A DNA stretch of 64,000 nt, taken from assembly GCF_018977255.1 (NCBI RefSeq), contig NW_024704743.1, positions 3,412,001-3,476,000 of the forward strand, given 5' to 3'. This document shows, in pieces, positions 25,530 to 39,600 of this stretch. How positions within the stretch are numbered: position 1 is the stretch's first letter; each line of letters starts with the position of its first letter. The translations under genes and the position numbers were made by a program. This DNA comes from Callorhinchus milii (Eukaryota). The notes under the pieces were generated by a model, which was not told the origin of the DNA, ran no database searches, and saw only the letters and a program-made list of their open reading frames with translations.

Positions 25530-25950
25530 GCAGCAGCACGTGACCCGGCCGGTGGAGCGACGTTACCTTTAAAGCCTGCGGCGGCAGCGGCGGCGGAGGT
25601 GGTGGGGGGGGGGGCTGGCGGGAGCGGGGCCGGGGAGGAGGAGGAGGAGGAGCCAGAGCAAGAGCGGCGCGCGCAGAGAGCCAAGTGACGTACGTGCGAG
25701 CGGGCCAATCAGGAGAGAGAGGGGGGGGAGGAGGGCGGGGCGGCGCTCAGTGAGCGAGTGCGACTGACGGGCGAGCGGACCAATCGGAGCCGCGCGGAGC
25801 CGGGCCGGAGGGACGGGCGAGCGGGCCAATCGGAGCGAGGGAGGGCGGGGCAGACGGAGGAGCGGCGGCCAATCGGCGTGCGCGAGCCGCGGTGGTGGGG
25901 GCGGGACCCCCGAGGCAGCGATCAGGTGAGTGGGTGACGTGAGCTCGCGG
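25530..25950. promoter_or_regulatory. Bidirectional CpG-island promoter of SLC52A2 and FBXL6
   Basis: CpG-dense. CCAAT at 25705, 25780, 25826, 25869; GC boxes (GGGCGG); TGACGT and CACGTG motifs. Divergent donors: minus-strand AAAG|gtaacg (exon ends 25567) and plus-strand TCAG|gtgagt (exon ends 25925). Matching acceptors at 21176 (-) and 28589 (+). Confidence 0.8.
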
Positions 25951-26119
25951 CGGCGGTGGCGGTTTATCCCGGGGGGGGGCGGGCCCGGGGGGGGGGGGTG
26001 TATTGTACAGATATATGTGTGTGTGTGTGTGTGTGTCTGAGGGCTGTGTGTGAGGGGAGTTTTACACCACACTGTACGCGGTGGTGGGGGTGGGGTGTGT
26101 GCTCCGTATACACAACACG

Positions 26120-27075
26120 GGGGGGGGGGTGTGTACTGTGTGTACACAGGAGGGGCGCGCGCATGAGGGTGGGTGTGTGTGTGGGGTGTACTGTATATAC
26201 ACAGGAAGGGCGCGCGCATGAGGGTGGGTGTGTGTGTGGGGGGGGTACTGTATATACACAGGAGGGGCGCGCGCATGAGGGTGTGTGTGTGAGTGTGGGG
26301 GGGTACTGTATATACACAGGAGGGGCGCGCGCATGAGGGTGTGTGTGTGTGGGGGGGGGTACTGTATATACACAGGAGGGGCGCGCGCATGAGGGTGTGT
26401 GTGTGTGGGGGGGGTACTGTATATACACAGGAGGGGCGCGCGCATGAGGGTGTGTGTGTGGGGGGTGTACTGTATATACACAGGAGGGGCGCGCGCATGA
26501 GGGTGTGTGTGTGTGGGGGGGTACTGTATATATACAGGAGGGGCGCGCGCATGAGGGTGTGTGTGTGTGGGGGGGGTGTACTGTGTATATATACAGGAGG
26601 GGCGTGCGCATGAGAGTGTGTGTGTGTGGGGGGGTGTACTGTGTATATACACAGGAGGGGCGCGCGCATGAGGGTGTGTGTGTGGGGGGGTACTGTATAT
26701 ACACAGGAGGGGCGCGCGCATGAGGGTGTGTGTGTGGGGGGGGGTGTACTGTGTATATATACAGGACGGGCGTGCGCATGAGGGTGTGTGTGTGTGGGGG
26801 GGGTGTACTGTGTATATATACAGGAGGGGCGCGCGCATGAGGGTGTGTGTGGGGGGGGTGTACTGTGTATATATACAGGAGGGGCGTGCGCATGAGGGTG
26901 TGTGTGTGTGTGTGTGTGGGGGGGTACTGTATATATACAGGAGGGGCATGAGCATGAGGGTGGGTGTGTGTGCGGGGTGTGTACACGAGGGGCGTGCGCA
27001 GGAGGGCGTGTGTGTGCGCGCGGGAGGGTGTACACGAGGGGCGTGCGCGGGAGGGTGTGTGTGTGAGGGGGTGCA
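26120..27075. repeat. Minisatellite of about 55-62 bp, ggggtactgtatatacacaggaggggcgcgcgcatgaggg(tg)n, about 15 copies
   Basis: Read directly; lies in FBXL6 intron 1. Confidence 0.95.
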
Positions 27076-28654
27076 CACACACACACGGTACAATACACCC
27101 GTCAATTTGCATATGAACTGCCCTTTAAACATCACATCGGTGCCTCGACCCGTTCAGCTTTCTCCCCCCCCACCACCACCTCCACAGCATCGCCCGCCTC
27201 CGCCACTGCCTCGGGCCACCAAGACCCTTTTAGCTTTGACCACTCCAACTCCCAACCCCCTGGACTTCCCAACCCCCTGGACTTCCCAACCCCCTGGACT
27301 TCCCAACCCCCTTCCCGCCACACGTTACAGACTATTTGAAACTCTGCGGCTTGTGTCCTCTCCCGCTCTGTGACCCTATCATCATCATAATAATAATAAT
27401 AATCCTTGCATTTGATATAGCGCTTTTCACGTCGGGAGGACGTCCCAAAGCGCTTCACAGAACACACTGTAAAGTGAATTGACTGTATATTTGTGGGCGA
27501 ACGCGGCAGCCAATTGCGCACAGCAATGTCCCACAAACAGTCATGGATTGAAAATGACCAATTTATTATTGTTTTGGTTTTTTGGAGGGATTATTATTAG
27601 GCGTGTGGAGTAAGGAAACTTGCCCAAGGTTTCGCCCGCCCATCATCATAATAAATCCTTGCATTTCATATAGCGCCTCGTCACATCTTCTGGACGTCTC
27701 AAAGCGCTTCACAGAGTATACTGTGAAGTCCATTGACTGTATATTACTTGAGCGAAACGCGGCAGCCAATTGCGCACAGCAGCGTCCCACAAACAGTCGT
27801 GGATTGAATGACCAAATGTTTTCTTTGACGGATTATTATCCCCAGAAAGCGATCCGCTGATCGACTAACAACCGGGTTCCTACTTACTGCTCGGTAAACA
27901 GAGGCGTGTGGAGTAAGGAAACTTGCCCTAACATTTCGTCCTGCCCGGGAATTGAACCAACCCAGGTCCTCTCGCTTGCGAGGGGAGTGCTCTAAACACT
28001 GAGCTACAGGACTCCGCTATCAACCCCATCCTCACCCGGTTTCCCGTCTCCCAGAAGATCGAGTTCGAAATACTCCTTGCTTTTAAAGACCTCCATGATC
28101 TTGCCTCCACCCTATCTCTGTGACCTCCGAAAATCTTCCCGACCCGCCCGCCCGCCCCCTCCTCCCGGCGGGCACCGGCCTGCTCCACTTCCCCCTGCCC
28201 TGCCCACTCCACCAACATACCTCCAACCCTCTGTAACTCTATCCTGAAGCCTCTCTGCCTTGCCCCCTCCCTTGCCTCCTTCAAGGCCCATCTCAAAAGA
28301 CTTCCTCTTTTTGACCGTGCCTTCTGTCATCATCCAACCTCCACCATCCCTGCCCTCCACCTCCCTCGAATTCAGCACCCAACTGCGGTACAGACCTCAA
28401 CTGTCCAGCGCCTTGGGACATCCTCCCCAAGTGAAAGTAAATGCAATTTGTTGTTGAGTATAATTTTCTAAAAAAAATTGAACGTATGTAAAGAGGCACG
28501 TTAAGGCGGGGGATGGGGATTAGGTGGTGGGTTGGTGGGGCGGTTATATGGAGACCTCCCAACGCTGACGGCTTTGCCTCTGGTTGCAGTGACTGTTTAT
28601 TGGTGAGTTACATTGGGTGAGGAGTGAGTTTGATGAGGAGAGCTGAGCGGGCAC

Positions 28655-31600
28655 ATGGAGATACCCCACCACACCCTCAGACGCCCGTTGCCGAAACAGG
28701 GTGGCAGTGTGGAGAGCCAACGCCGGTCTAACACCAGAGTGGGCTCACTGAAGCCGGTCAGGAACCTCCGCAGGACCCTGAGGAGAAACCGTCCCAACTA
28801 CACGGTGCACGAGACAGACAACGACATGCTCCTGATCATCTCCAACGAGGAGGAGACGGACAGACGGCCCTCCAAGAAGCTGGGGGTCAGGAGGAGCACT
28901 GGTAGGCGGAACCCCAGCCGCAGGGTTAGAGTCAGGCTGCCTCCGAGCTTCTCTCGGCACCGGGTTTCCCTCAAGAAGGTCAGCTCGCGCAGCGCCAAAG
29001 CCCTGCACAAGGTGGGGGTGCCGGAGGTGAGGGAGGAGGAGAACGGGCTGCCTGAGGTGGACCGATGGGGCCAGCAGCTGCCCGCCGAGGTCCTTGTGCA
29101 CATCTTCCACTACATCGTGTCGTCGGAAGGGGCCGTGCCATTCCTGTGCAGGTAAGGCTCTCGCAGAGATCCCGAACCCTCAACCTTACCACTCAAAACC
29201 CCCACCCACAGCCTGATCCCCTCTCCACTGCCCCACTCTCCACTGCCCCACACTCAGTCTAACCCCCTCTCCCACTGCTCCAACCCAGCCTTACTCCTCT
29301 CCACCCCACTCAAACCCCCCACCCGAGCCTCACTCCCTCCCCCACTGCCCCGCCCCCAGCCTCAACCACTGCCCTGCCCCCCTGCCTTAAATTGGCCACC
29401 CTCAAATTTGCCCACTCCCCACTGCCCCACCTCCAACCCTCAACCGCCCCGTCTCCCTCGGCCCCCTCACCAACAGCCACGGATCACACCCAACTGTTCA
29501 CTGCCCCGACCCATCTTCTCAGCTCCTCCACTGGAGCTCTTTACTCTAATCACATTCCCTGCTCTCTCCCTATCGCTCCCCCGCTGGAGCTCTCTAGTCT
29601 AACCCCCATTCCCTGTATCTCAGTGACTGACTCGGCTGCTGTAGGCCTGGTAGCAGCCTGTGGGGAAGGTGAGGATCAAGAACGGTCATTCTTTGTCGAG
29701 GGCGAAACCCCAGGGAGGTTTCCTTACTCCACGCGCCTCTGATTACCTGTTCCCTCAATCCATGTCAGTTTGTGGGACACTTGACACGCGTTGCGTCCCA
29801 CAAAATACACAGTCACTCCACTACGCAGTCACTGGGGGAGGTGACAACGACGCATCAACAACAACAACAACAAATTTCATTTACACAGCGCCTTTCACGT
29901 CGGGAGCACGTCCCAAGGCGCTGAACAGTCAGGGATGTGGACCCGAGCTCGGGGTTGGGATCAGGAGGGGTGGAGGGTAGGCTGGGTAGGGAGAGGAGGG
30001 TGGCTGAAGGCACGGTCGAAGAGGAAGATCTTGAAACGTGCCTTGAAGGTGGCAAGAAGGGGGCGGGCAGGGGGGTGGTGGTGAGGTGAAGGGACTGTGG
30101 GATGGAGATCCAAAGGGTGGGGGTAGAGAGGCTGAAGGCCTGACCCGTCGATGGTGGGTTGGGCGGGGGACGTGGGGCAGGACGGGTTATTATCATTACG
30201 CCTGCGGGTAAGAAGTCAGCAGGTCACAGAGGTAGGAAGGAGCAAGGCCATGGAGGGCTTTGAAGGCGAGGACAAGGATTTTGAACTCTTATCCTCTGGG
30301 GGATGGGGAGCCAGTGGAGCCGAACGAGGGTGGGGGTGATTTGGGTCACGGAGCCTGGTGTGGGAGAGGACGCGAGCTGCAGAGTTCTGCTCGATCTGCA
30401 TCAAACGCGGACCGACTCTGGCGTTCAGACAAAATAACCATCCGACCGAGCTTTGTAACCGGTTAGACCCGAAGTGAATGCGTTTCTAAGGGTGTTTCTT
30501 ACCTGTGTGTTGTGATTTATGCGCGAAGAAGATGTCCTGTACGAGGAGGTCGGTGATAAAGTGAGTTAATTACTTTTTAACTGGAACAGATCAAAGGTGG
30601 GCATTGAGTCACTGGACGTTTCTTCACAGACACAGTGTGCGCGGGTGCCCAGCCCAAACCCCACTCCCCCACTCGCTGCCCTCAAACCCTGTAAAATTCC
30701 TCCTCTTAATCCCGTCTGGTTCAATTCTGGTTTATGTCCGAGACCCCCACGTTCACACAGGTTTACAGGGAAGGGCAAAAAGAGAGTGCATTTAACCTCC
30801 CCTTTAATTCCTCTTTGTGACTATCACCAAGTTTATGCTCCCACGTGACTCAGTCATGATCACATTGCAAATCATTGATCACATTTATCCTGTTGTGAAC
30901 CCTCAAAAATCATCGCAGCCTCCATCAGGGCATCCTGGTCAGCTCCGGTGACAAGAGCCCCATCTTTTAAAATGTAATAGTTCTTGCATTTGTTATAGCG
31001 CCTTATCGCAACATTGAGATGTCTCAAAGCCCTTCGCAGGAAAGCCCTTACACTGGAAAGTGAAGGCGACTGTGTGTATTTTGTGGGCGATACGCGGCAG
31101 CCGATTTTGCACAGCAGGGTTCCGCAAGCAGACGTGGAATGAGAGACCATATTTTTTTGACCGCAAGCAAGAGCACCCGGGTTCGATTCCCGGGCGGGGT
31201 GGGGGGGGGGGGGGGGGGCGAAATGTTGGGCAAGTTTCCTGACTCCACACGCCTCTGTTTCCCTAGCAGTAAGTAGGAACCCGGGTTGTTAGCCGATTGA
31301 CGGATCGCTTTTCCGAGGGTAAGAATCCTTTCAAAAAAAATTATAATTTGGTCACTCAATCCACTGTTTGTAGTACGCTGCTGTGGAACCAGAGGGTGGG
31401 GGGGGTGGGGTGGGGGTACAGGGTAGGTTTTCACAATGGAGAGATATAAACAGTGACCCCCAGGGAGCAGTGTTAGCGCCACTGCTTTTTTTCCATTTCT
31501 ACACATGATCTGCATTCTGGTACAATTTGTAAATTTGCAGATAATAACAACAATAATAATCTTTGCATTTGATATAACGCTTTTCACGTCTTCAAAGACG

Positions 31601-34600
31601 TCTCAAAGTACTTCACAGAAGATGCTGTGAAGTGAATGGACTGTATATTTGTGGGAGAAATGTGTAGCCAATTGCGTACAGCAGTGTCCCGTACCAGTGA
31701 CTCAAATCTATTATTTTTTTCTTGGAGGGATTATTATCCGTGGAAAGTGATCCGCCAATTAACTAACAAACAGAGGCATATGGAGTAAGGAAACTTGCCT
31801 AAGGAAGGTTTCGCCGTGCTCGGGTATTGAATCCAGCAGCAGATCAATGAACCAGCCCAGCCAATTCTTACAGTTTACCAGGTTTTGACAGATCGTTTAA
31901 CCCCTTTTCCCCGTCCTTGCTCCTTACCTATTAACAGCCTTATTTCCCCAACTATCTAAAAACATCCCAGTTTACTCTGCCTCTGAGGCTGTGAGTCCCA
32001 CACTCTCACGGCCCTCTGGGTGAGTTAATGCTCCCTCATCTCATCTCTAACAAAATATGTTTTGTCCTCAAAATACATCAAACTTTACAGTATATCCTGC
32101 GAAGCGCTTTGAGAAGTCCCAACGTCTCTATAGCATTGTCTTGATAAGGCGCTATATCAAATACAAGGATTATTATTTTAAAAAATAATAATTTGGTCAC
32201 TCAATCCACGACTGTTTGTGGGACACTGCTGTATGCAATTGGCTGCTGCATTTCACCCACAAAATATACAGTCAATTCACTTTGCAGTGTGTTCTGTGAA
32301 GCGCTTTGGGACGTCTCGAAGACGTGATAAGGGAGATTATTATTATTAAGCGTCCTGGCTCTAATGTTAAGACCACTTCCCCTGTTTTCACTCCGACACC
32401 AGAGGGCAGAGTCATCCATTCTCAAACTTATCGATTCTTTTTATTATATTATTTTACATACCTCAGTCAGATCAGCCCACAGATTTTGAGCTCACCATTT
32501 AAGCCAACCCTCCAGTGCAGTGCTGGTGGGGCGCTGCGTTGTGGAAAGTGCCGTCCTTCGGGTGAGACATTAAACCGAGGCCCCATCTGCCTGTTAAAAG
32601 ATTCCTCGGTCCAAATCGAAAAGGTGTCCTGGCCGACAATCCCCTCCCCCTCCCCGATAAAATTGGCCATTCACTTCATGGCTGTTTATAGGACATTGCC
32701 TACAAAATACAGTCACTACAGGTGACGCTAAACCCTGTGAAGCACTTTGAGATGATATGAAAGGTGTATGAAATGTAAGGATTACGGTTCAGCCGTGATG
32801 CCGGGCGAGGACAGGAGTCTTATCTTCCTGTGTCTCGGCACAGCATGGCACGGATTGCCCTGACCGCTGTGCTCTGTGTTACAGGGTGTCGCGAGTTTGC
32901 CGCCTGTGGTATGGAGCCGCTGCTAGCCCCAGCCTGTGGCACAGAGTCACCATCGGCTACTGCTGGGTACAGCCCGGTAACCAACAGCTTCCTCCCATTC
33001 AGAGAAAGATCCAGAACACTCTCGACTGGCTGCGAGTGGCAAGGTTTGTACAACAACAACAATAACTTGCGCTTTTATAGCACCTTTCACGTGGGTAGCA
33101 TCTTGGAGCGCTTAATGGTGACGAAGCCTGACCCTGAGCTGAGTGGGAGTTGGGGGGCAAGTTAACAGTCTCTGTCAGGTCCCCCTCTTACCTTCGCTGG
33201 TTCAGTGAAAACAGACCCATGTTTTACCTATACCTCCTCAGCCGTGTGGCCTCTCCATTGCTCTGAACTCTGTTCTGTAAACAGGTGGCTACCCAGGTAT
33301 TCCAGCTATCGCTTAACCAATGGCTTGTGTAAATGTTTCTTCACCTCCCGACCTCTATTGTGGAGTCCTGTGGCTCAGTGGTTAGAGCACTCGCCTCACA
33401 AGCAAGAGGACCTGGGTTTGATTCCAAGGCAGGGCGTAAAGTTGGGCAAGTTTCCTTACTCCACAGCAGTAAGTGGGAACCCGGTTGTTAGTCGATTGGC
33501 GGGTCGCTTTCCGGGGATAATAATCCCTTTGCATTTTCAAAAAAAAAATTATAATTTAGTCACTCAATCCACGACTGTTTGTGGGACACTGCTGTGCGCG
33601 ATTGGCTGCCGCATTTGGGCCACTAAATATACAGTCAATTCACTTCACAGTGTGTTCTGTGAAGCGCTTTGAGACGCCTCGAAGACGCGAAAAGGCGCTT
33701 TATCAAATGCAAGGATTATTATTATTATTCAGTGCTGCTGCCACCAATGCTCACTTTCCTCTCTTCCAGCCTCTTACAATATGAGCTCTCGAGTACGGAA
33801 CATTTGAAATGTACAGAGTAGCTTTGCTGAGGTTTGACCAGTGCCTTGTGTTGACATCCTGGCTCAGCCCGGGACCCTGTCAGAATGCTGGCAGCTCCTG
33901 TTATCGAGGGCCAGCCGATATTCCGAGTCTCCAATGGACACATTATGACCCTGGAGACCCTCAATCAGCATTGGTGAGAGAGTCGCTTTCCCCCTCGTGC
34001 TGAGATGTCAGTGTCTCCAGCATGTCAGTGTACTCGAGCCACCCAGAGGCTCGTTGCTGAGACGTTCAGTGTGATATTCCCTGTTCAGCAACTGCAACAA
34101 CTTGCATTTATATCGCGCCCTTCACACGGGGTAGCGTCCCGGAGCACTTGACAGTGACGTAGTCTGATACTGAGCCAGGGGGAGAGAGAGTGAGAGGGAG
34201 GAGGGAGGTGACCATAAACAATCAAAAAGGAAAGTCTTTAGGTGGGGAGGGAGGGGGGCGAGGTAGAGGGATTGAGGGAGAGATTTCCAGAGTTCTGGGG
34301 TGTAATGGCTGAAGGCACGGCCACCGATGGTTCAGTGTGATATTCCCAGTTTATAGGATCATAGGATCTTACAGCACAGAAGGACGCCGTTCGATCCATC
34401 GTGGCTGTGTCGCTCCTTGAAAGAGTTACCCAATCAGTCCCACTCCCCCGCTCTTACCCCATAGTCCTACTATTTTTTTCTTTTCAAGTACCTATCCAAT
34501 TCGCTTTTGAAAGCTATTATCGAATCTGCTTCCACCACTTTTTCAGGCAGTGGGTTCCAGACCGTAACAACTCTCTGGGTTAAAAAAAAAAAAAATTCTC

Positions 34601-37600
34601 CTCATCTCCCCTTTGCCCCTTGTGCCAATTATCTAAAATCTATGTCCTCTGGTTACTGACCCTCCCTATCTACTGTATAAAAAACCCTCATAGTTTTGAA
34701 TACCTCTATTAAATCTCCCCTCAACCTTCTCTGCTCTAAGCAGAATAATTCCAGCCTCTCTATTCTCTGTTCAGTGTGATATTCCCTGGTCAACGTGACA
34801 TTTCCTGCTGTGGTGAGGCAGTGAGCAGGTTGACCTTGTTGAAAAGGAACATAGAGGTTATGTGGTAAAGTGGAGAGTTTTGGGGCCTGTTTAACGGTGA
34901 GATGCTCCCTCTCTCTTTTGTCCTGTCCTCGCAGGTTTACACAGCTTCGGGAGTTTTCTCTCTGCCACTGGACCAATCTCGTGGGTTACGTCATGCAGGT
35001 CAGGTTTCCAGTCGTCGGACATCCAGACAGGACATTCCACCTGGGAGCCGCCGTCAATTTTTAAAAATTTTAAACTAAATCTATATTTATCGGTAGACAT
35101 ACATCTACACGTATCTCAAAAGGAATCAAATCCCATCACAGAATGAAGAAACGCAATACGCTGTGACAAGTGGAGTGTTGTACCACCCCCCCCCCTCCCC
35201 ATCTCCCGCCCCCATCCTTTATGGGGAGTGTGGACAGGTTAACGGCACACAGGATGTGCACGTGCTTTTTGGCACGCTCGCTTTAAACGCAGTCGGGAAA
35301 TGCTCCCGTGCGCACTACGTACATGTGCGTTTCAGCACACACCCCGGTAAGGGGCGCTTGCTGATCACGGATGGCGCCCAGATGTGCACCGTACGCGCAC
35401 ACGATTCCACAACCAAACACCCGGATACGTCGCAACACAGACCATTACAAGTACGCTAAATACCCAACAAGTCCGTTTATAGCTTGCGCCGTGTTATACC
35501 AGCAGCAAAAACATGCGTTTATAATTGCGCCCCTCCCCGGGGAAGGGTTGGGGACTGGGGGCATGGTTTGGGTGTCTGGGGACAGCGAGAAGGGGCGGGG
35601 GGGCAGCAAGACAGCGGAAACAGTGAAGGTCCCGATCGAGCAGTCTCTCTGATTACTGTTTGGCTGTTGTTTCAGGCTGTGACGGAGTCGTGCCCTCACC
35701 TGGTGTCTCTGTACCTCACTAACTGTGTCAGCGTGACCTCCGATGTGTTTGAGCGGCTGGCCACACACTGCCCCAAGCTGGAGAGTCTGAACCTGCAGCA
35801 TTCTGTGGTAGGTGGCCATGAGACAGACATTCCCCCCCCCGCCCACCCCCCCCACCTTGCCCCCACCTCTCGACCTGCCTTCACTCTGGCCTCTGGGTCA
35901 GTCCTCACTCACAGCAGTGTCCCACAAACAGTATATTCTGTGAAGCGCTTTGAGAAGTCTCAAAGACATGATAAGTATTGATGCTGCGGGGGCGCAGTGG
36001 CCTGTATTGCTGTTGTGGGTGGGGGGTGGGTGGGGGGCGTTCTGTATTGATCCTGTATTGTGGCTCTGTCCTTGCAGATCGACTCCGCGGCTGTGGTCAG
36101 CTACTTGGAAGCTGCCGGCCACAAACTGAAGCAGTTTCGTGTGACCTACAGCACCCGTCTGAACTCCATCTTTAACGCCATTGTGGTAAGTCGGGGGTGG
36201 GGGGGAGTTTAAGAGTCAAGAGTCCTGTCAGGTTCCTCTCCAGTCTCCTCCTCCCCCCTCTCCTCTCTGCCCACCATCAGCTGCCGAGCTCGCATTCAGT
36301 AACTGCACACCCCGCTGTCTCTCGAGTTCTCAATCCCATTCTCACTCTTCCTCCAACAATCCTTCTCTGGGCTTTCCGTGTGTAGGTGGGATATACGGAA
36401 ATCTCAGCTCGGTTTGGAGACTCTTTCGCCTGGTGATGGGTTTTCCACATATGTCTGGGTGGGGGGAGGATTGTGTCGGGTGCTGGCCTGTAGCTGTGTT
36501 ATGGTTCTCTCCCCAGGTTGTGTTGTGCTGTGTGTGTGAGTGGGTGGGGGCTGGGGGACGGGGGGACGGAGATGCCGGCTATATAACTGTATGTTATGGC
36601 TATCTCCGCAGGGTGGCTGCTGCACTGAGCTACGGCTGCTGGAGGTGAACACCGAGATCAAACAGAGCAATGCTTACTTCCAGTTCTGTATCGAGTTGCT
36701 TCAGGCCAGCTGTCCTAAGCTCCAGGTACCCTACCACTTCTCTTTATTACTCTCACACTGTAACCCTCTCTGTTACTCTCACACTGTAACTGTTAGTCTG
36801 TGTGTTGCTCACACTGTACACTAACAATAATAATCCTTGCACTTGATAGAGCGCCTTATCACGTCTTCAAGACGTCTCAAAGTGGCCTGTATTGCTGTAT
36901 TGCTATCACAGAATATACGGTAAAGTGAATGGACTGTAGATTTTGTGGGTGAAATGCGCACAGCAGCGACCCACAAACAGTCGTGGATTCAGTGACCAAA
37001 TTATTATTATTTTTTTAAATTTATTTTTATTCTGAAGGGTTTATTACCCCTGGAAAAGCGATCCACCAACAACCGCATCGCTATTTACTGCTGGGTAAAC
37101 AGAGGCATGCGGAGTAAGGAAACTTGCCCAACGTTTCCCCCTGCCCGGGAATCGAACCCGGGTCCTCTCGCTCTAACCACTGAGCTGCAGGACTCCATAA
37201 GTATGTGTGTTACACTGTATAATATAAGCCTCTCTTTTGCTCAAGTTCACGCCTGTCTCTCTCCCCCCCCACCCACACCCCACCCCAGGTGCTGCGGCTG
37301 CTGAACCTGACCTGGTTCCCGAAGGGGAGTGGGGTGGCTGTGTCGTCGGGGGTGGGGTTCTGTCAGCTGGAGGAGCTGTGTCTGGCCACCTCCTCCTTCT
37401 CGCTGGTCACCGACGAGGTTCTGGGAAAACTGCTGTTCATGTCCTGCCGTCTGCAGACCCTGGACCTGCGCGGCTGTTACCGCATCACTGCCGCCGGACT
37501 GCAGCTGCTGCCCTGCCACAGTAAGCCCCGCACCGCCGTCCATTCCCCCCGCCATCCCCTCCCCAACACACACACAAGCCCCCGGCCTTAACCCGTACGT

Positions 37601-38597
37601 TCCCCTCGCTCCGCTACCCCACCACAGCAAGACCCCTGCTCCGCCACTTCGCCCCACACACAGTTAGCTCCCGCCATACCCTATACCCCTATTCTTGCTA
37701 CCGCCCCCCCAAGCGCACACAGTAAGCCTTACCCCCTCCCCGCCGCACTAAACCCCCTCCATTGTATCACTGCTCTGTGCTACTCTGCCCTGCCTGAGGA
37801 CCGACCGATGTCTTGCTTGCAGACTTGGAGAGGCTGTTCCTGGGGCTGTACTGCAGCACCACCAACCTGGTGCTGGCCAAGCAGGGCTCCGAGCAGATGG
37901 CCCTGAAGTGGCGTCACTCACTCCGGGACCTGGACCTGACCGGCCAGTGCTACAAGGAGAAGGACCTGGAGCAGGCCATGGGCATCCTAGCCGGGCCCCA
38001 GGGCAACCACGTCCTGCGTTCACTCAACCTCGCCGCCACCAAGGTCACTCTGGACGCTATCAGGTAACCGCTTTTGTCCTGGGATTAGAGGAGAGAGCTC
38101 CAGTGGGGGAGCGAGCACCAGCACAGACACGATGGGAGAGAGAGAGAGCAGGGAATGGGGTTAGAGAGTTCCAGTGGGGGAGCCAGCACCAGCACAGACA
38201 CGATGGGAGAGAGAGAGAGAGCAGGGAATGGGGTTAGAGAGTTCCAGTGGGGGAGCCAGCACCAGCACAGACACGATGGGAGAGAGAGAGAGAGCAGGGA
38301 ATGGGGTTAGAGAGTTCCAGTGGGGGAGCCAGCACCAGTACAGATCCACTGAATCGCCTGTGCTGAGGATGGTGAGTGTGTGCTGACGTGCTGCTGTGTG
38401 TGGTCTCTCTCAGGGTGGTGGTGAGCAGCAGCCCAGCGCTCAGCTACCTGAACCTGACCTCCTGCCGCTGCCTGCCGCGGGGACTCAAACGCATCTACCG
38501 CGGCGAAGAGGAGATCCGACAGTTTGTCAACAAGCTACTGGCCAGCCGCGAGGACCTCAGCTCACCAGGAGAGACGGAGCGCCGGGCAAGGCACTGA
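28655..38597 (+). CDS. FBXL6: F-box/LRR-repeat protein 6, 576 aa, 9 coding exons
   Basis: Exons 28655-29151, 32885-33043, 34935-34998, 35676-35807, 36078-36185, 36612-36725, 37289-37520, 37823-38063, 38414-38597; all GT-AG, 1731 nt in frame. F-box [30 protein letters not shown], then cysteine-containing LRRs ([36 protein letters not shown]). Confidence 0.93.
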
Positions 38598-38821
38598 GCC
38601 GGGGAGGGGGGGACGAGCTGTAGGACCCCCTCCCTCCTCGCTTCCCCCGGCACGCGTCTCCGGGCGAGCAGTGTGGTTGGGGCACGATGGTGGGGAAAAG
38701 AAATGTGTGCGTATCGGGTTCTATAGAGTTGGAAGCACATGGGGTGAACGGAGGATAGAAACATAGGGAACAGCCCCACGCTGGAGCTCGCTCCACTCCA
38801 TTCCACTCCACGGTGTGCAGC

Positions 38822-38827
38822 AATAAA
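38822..38827 (+). terminator. Candidate polyadenylation signal of FBXL6
   Basis: AATAAA about 225 nt after the stop codon. Confidence 0.5.
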
Positions 38828-39344
38828 GTGGTTATCCAACTGTTCCTGCTGTGCCTCAGCCTCCTGCCTGCCGCAACCTCCCCCTCCTCCCCCACTGACC
38901 CCCCCCCCCCCCTTCTCCCCTGCCCTCTCCACCACCCTTCCTTCCTTCCTTCCTCCCTCCCCTCTACCCCACCTTCATCCCCCCCTCCCCCGCCCTCCAC
39001 AGCTCAGTGGGGGAACATGTGGGGAAAGTGTGTCTCAGGTGTGTGTTTTGTAGAGTACAGGCAATTGCTTTTTTTTTAAAATGCTGGTCTGTGCTGGTGT
39101 CCATCAGCCTGCGTTGTCCTGGTTTGAGCAGAGCTGATGTATAATGTACATATTACATTATGGATTTGTGTGTAGCTGTTAATGTGGGATTATAATCAAG
39201 AATTAGAGACTTGATTTGGGGCAGTGTTTTTTTTTTCTGTTTGACCTGGTGATCCAAGGGATTTAACTAAAGAAAGACTTTTATATTCTGAAGTTTGAAG
39301 GCATTTTTCTTTCAGGTTAGCCAAGTGTGACACACACAGAAACT

Positions 39345-39600
39345 CATCACTGTGATCAGCCCGGTGTCTGACACACCAAGGAAATCCGTCACAGTGATCA
39401 GCCGGGTGGCTGAAACATGGAAACCCATCACCACGATCAGCCGGGTGTTTGACACACATGGAAATCCGTCACCGTGATCACCCGGGTGTCTGACACTCGT
39501 GGACACCCAGCACCGTGATCACCCGGGTGTCTGACACTCGTGGACACCCAGCACCATGATCAGCCGGGTATCTTAACACATGGAAACCCATCATCACGTT
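39345..39600. repeat. Minisatellite of about 40 bp, tgatcagccgggtgtctgacac.., about 6 copies
   Basis: Read directly. Confidence 0.85.

Noticed and set aside
24671..27373. Pro/His/Thr- or Gly/Val-rich ORFs of up to 509 aa
   Set aside because: Translations of G-tract and 57-bp tandem arrays.
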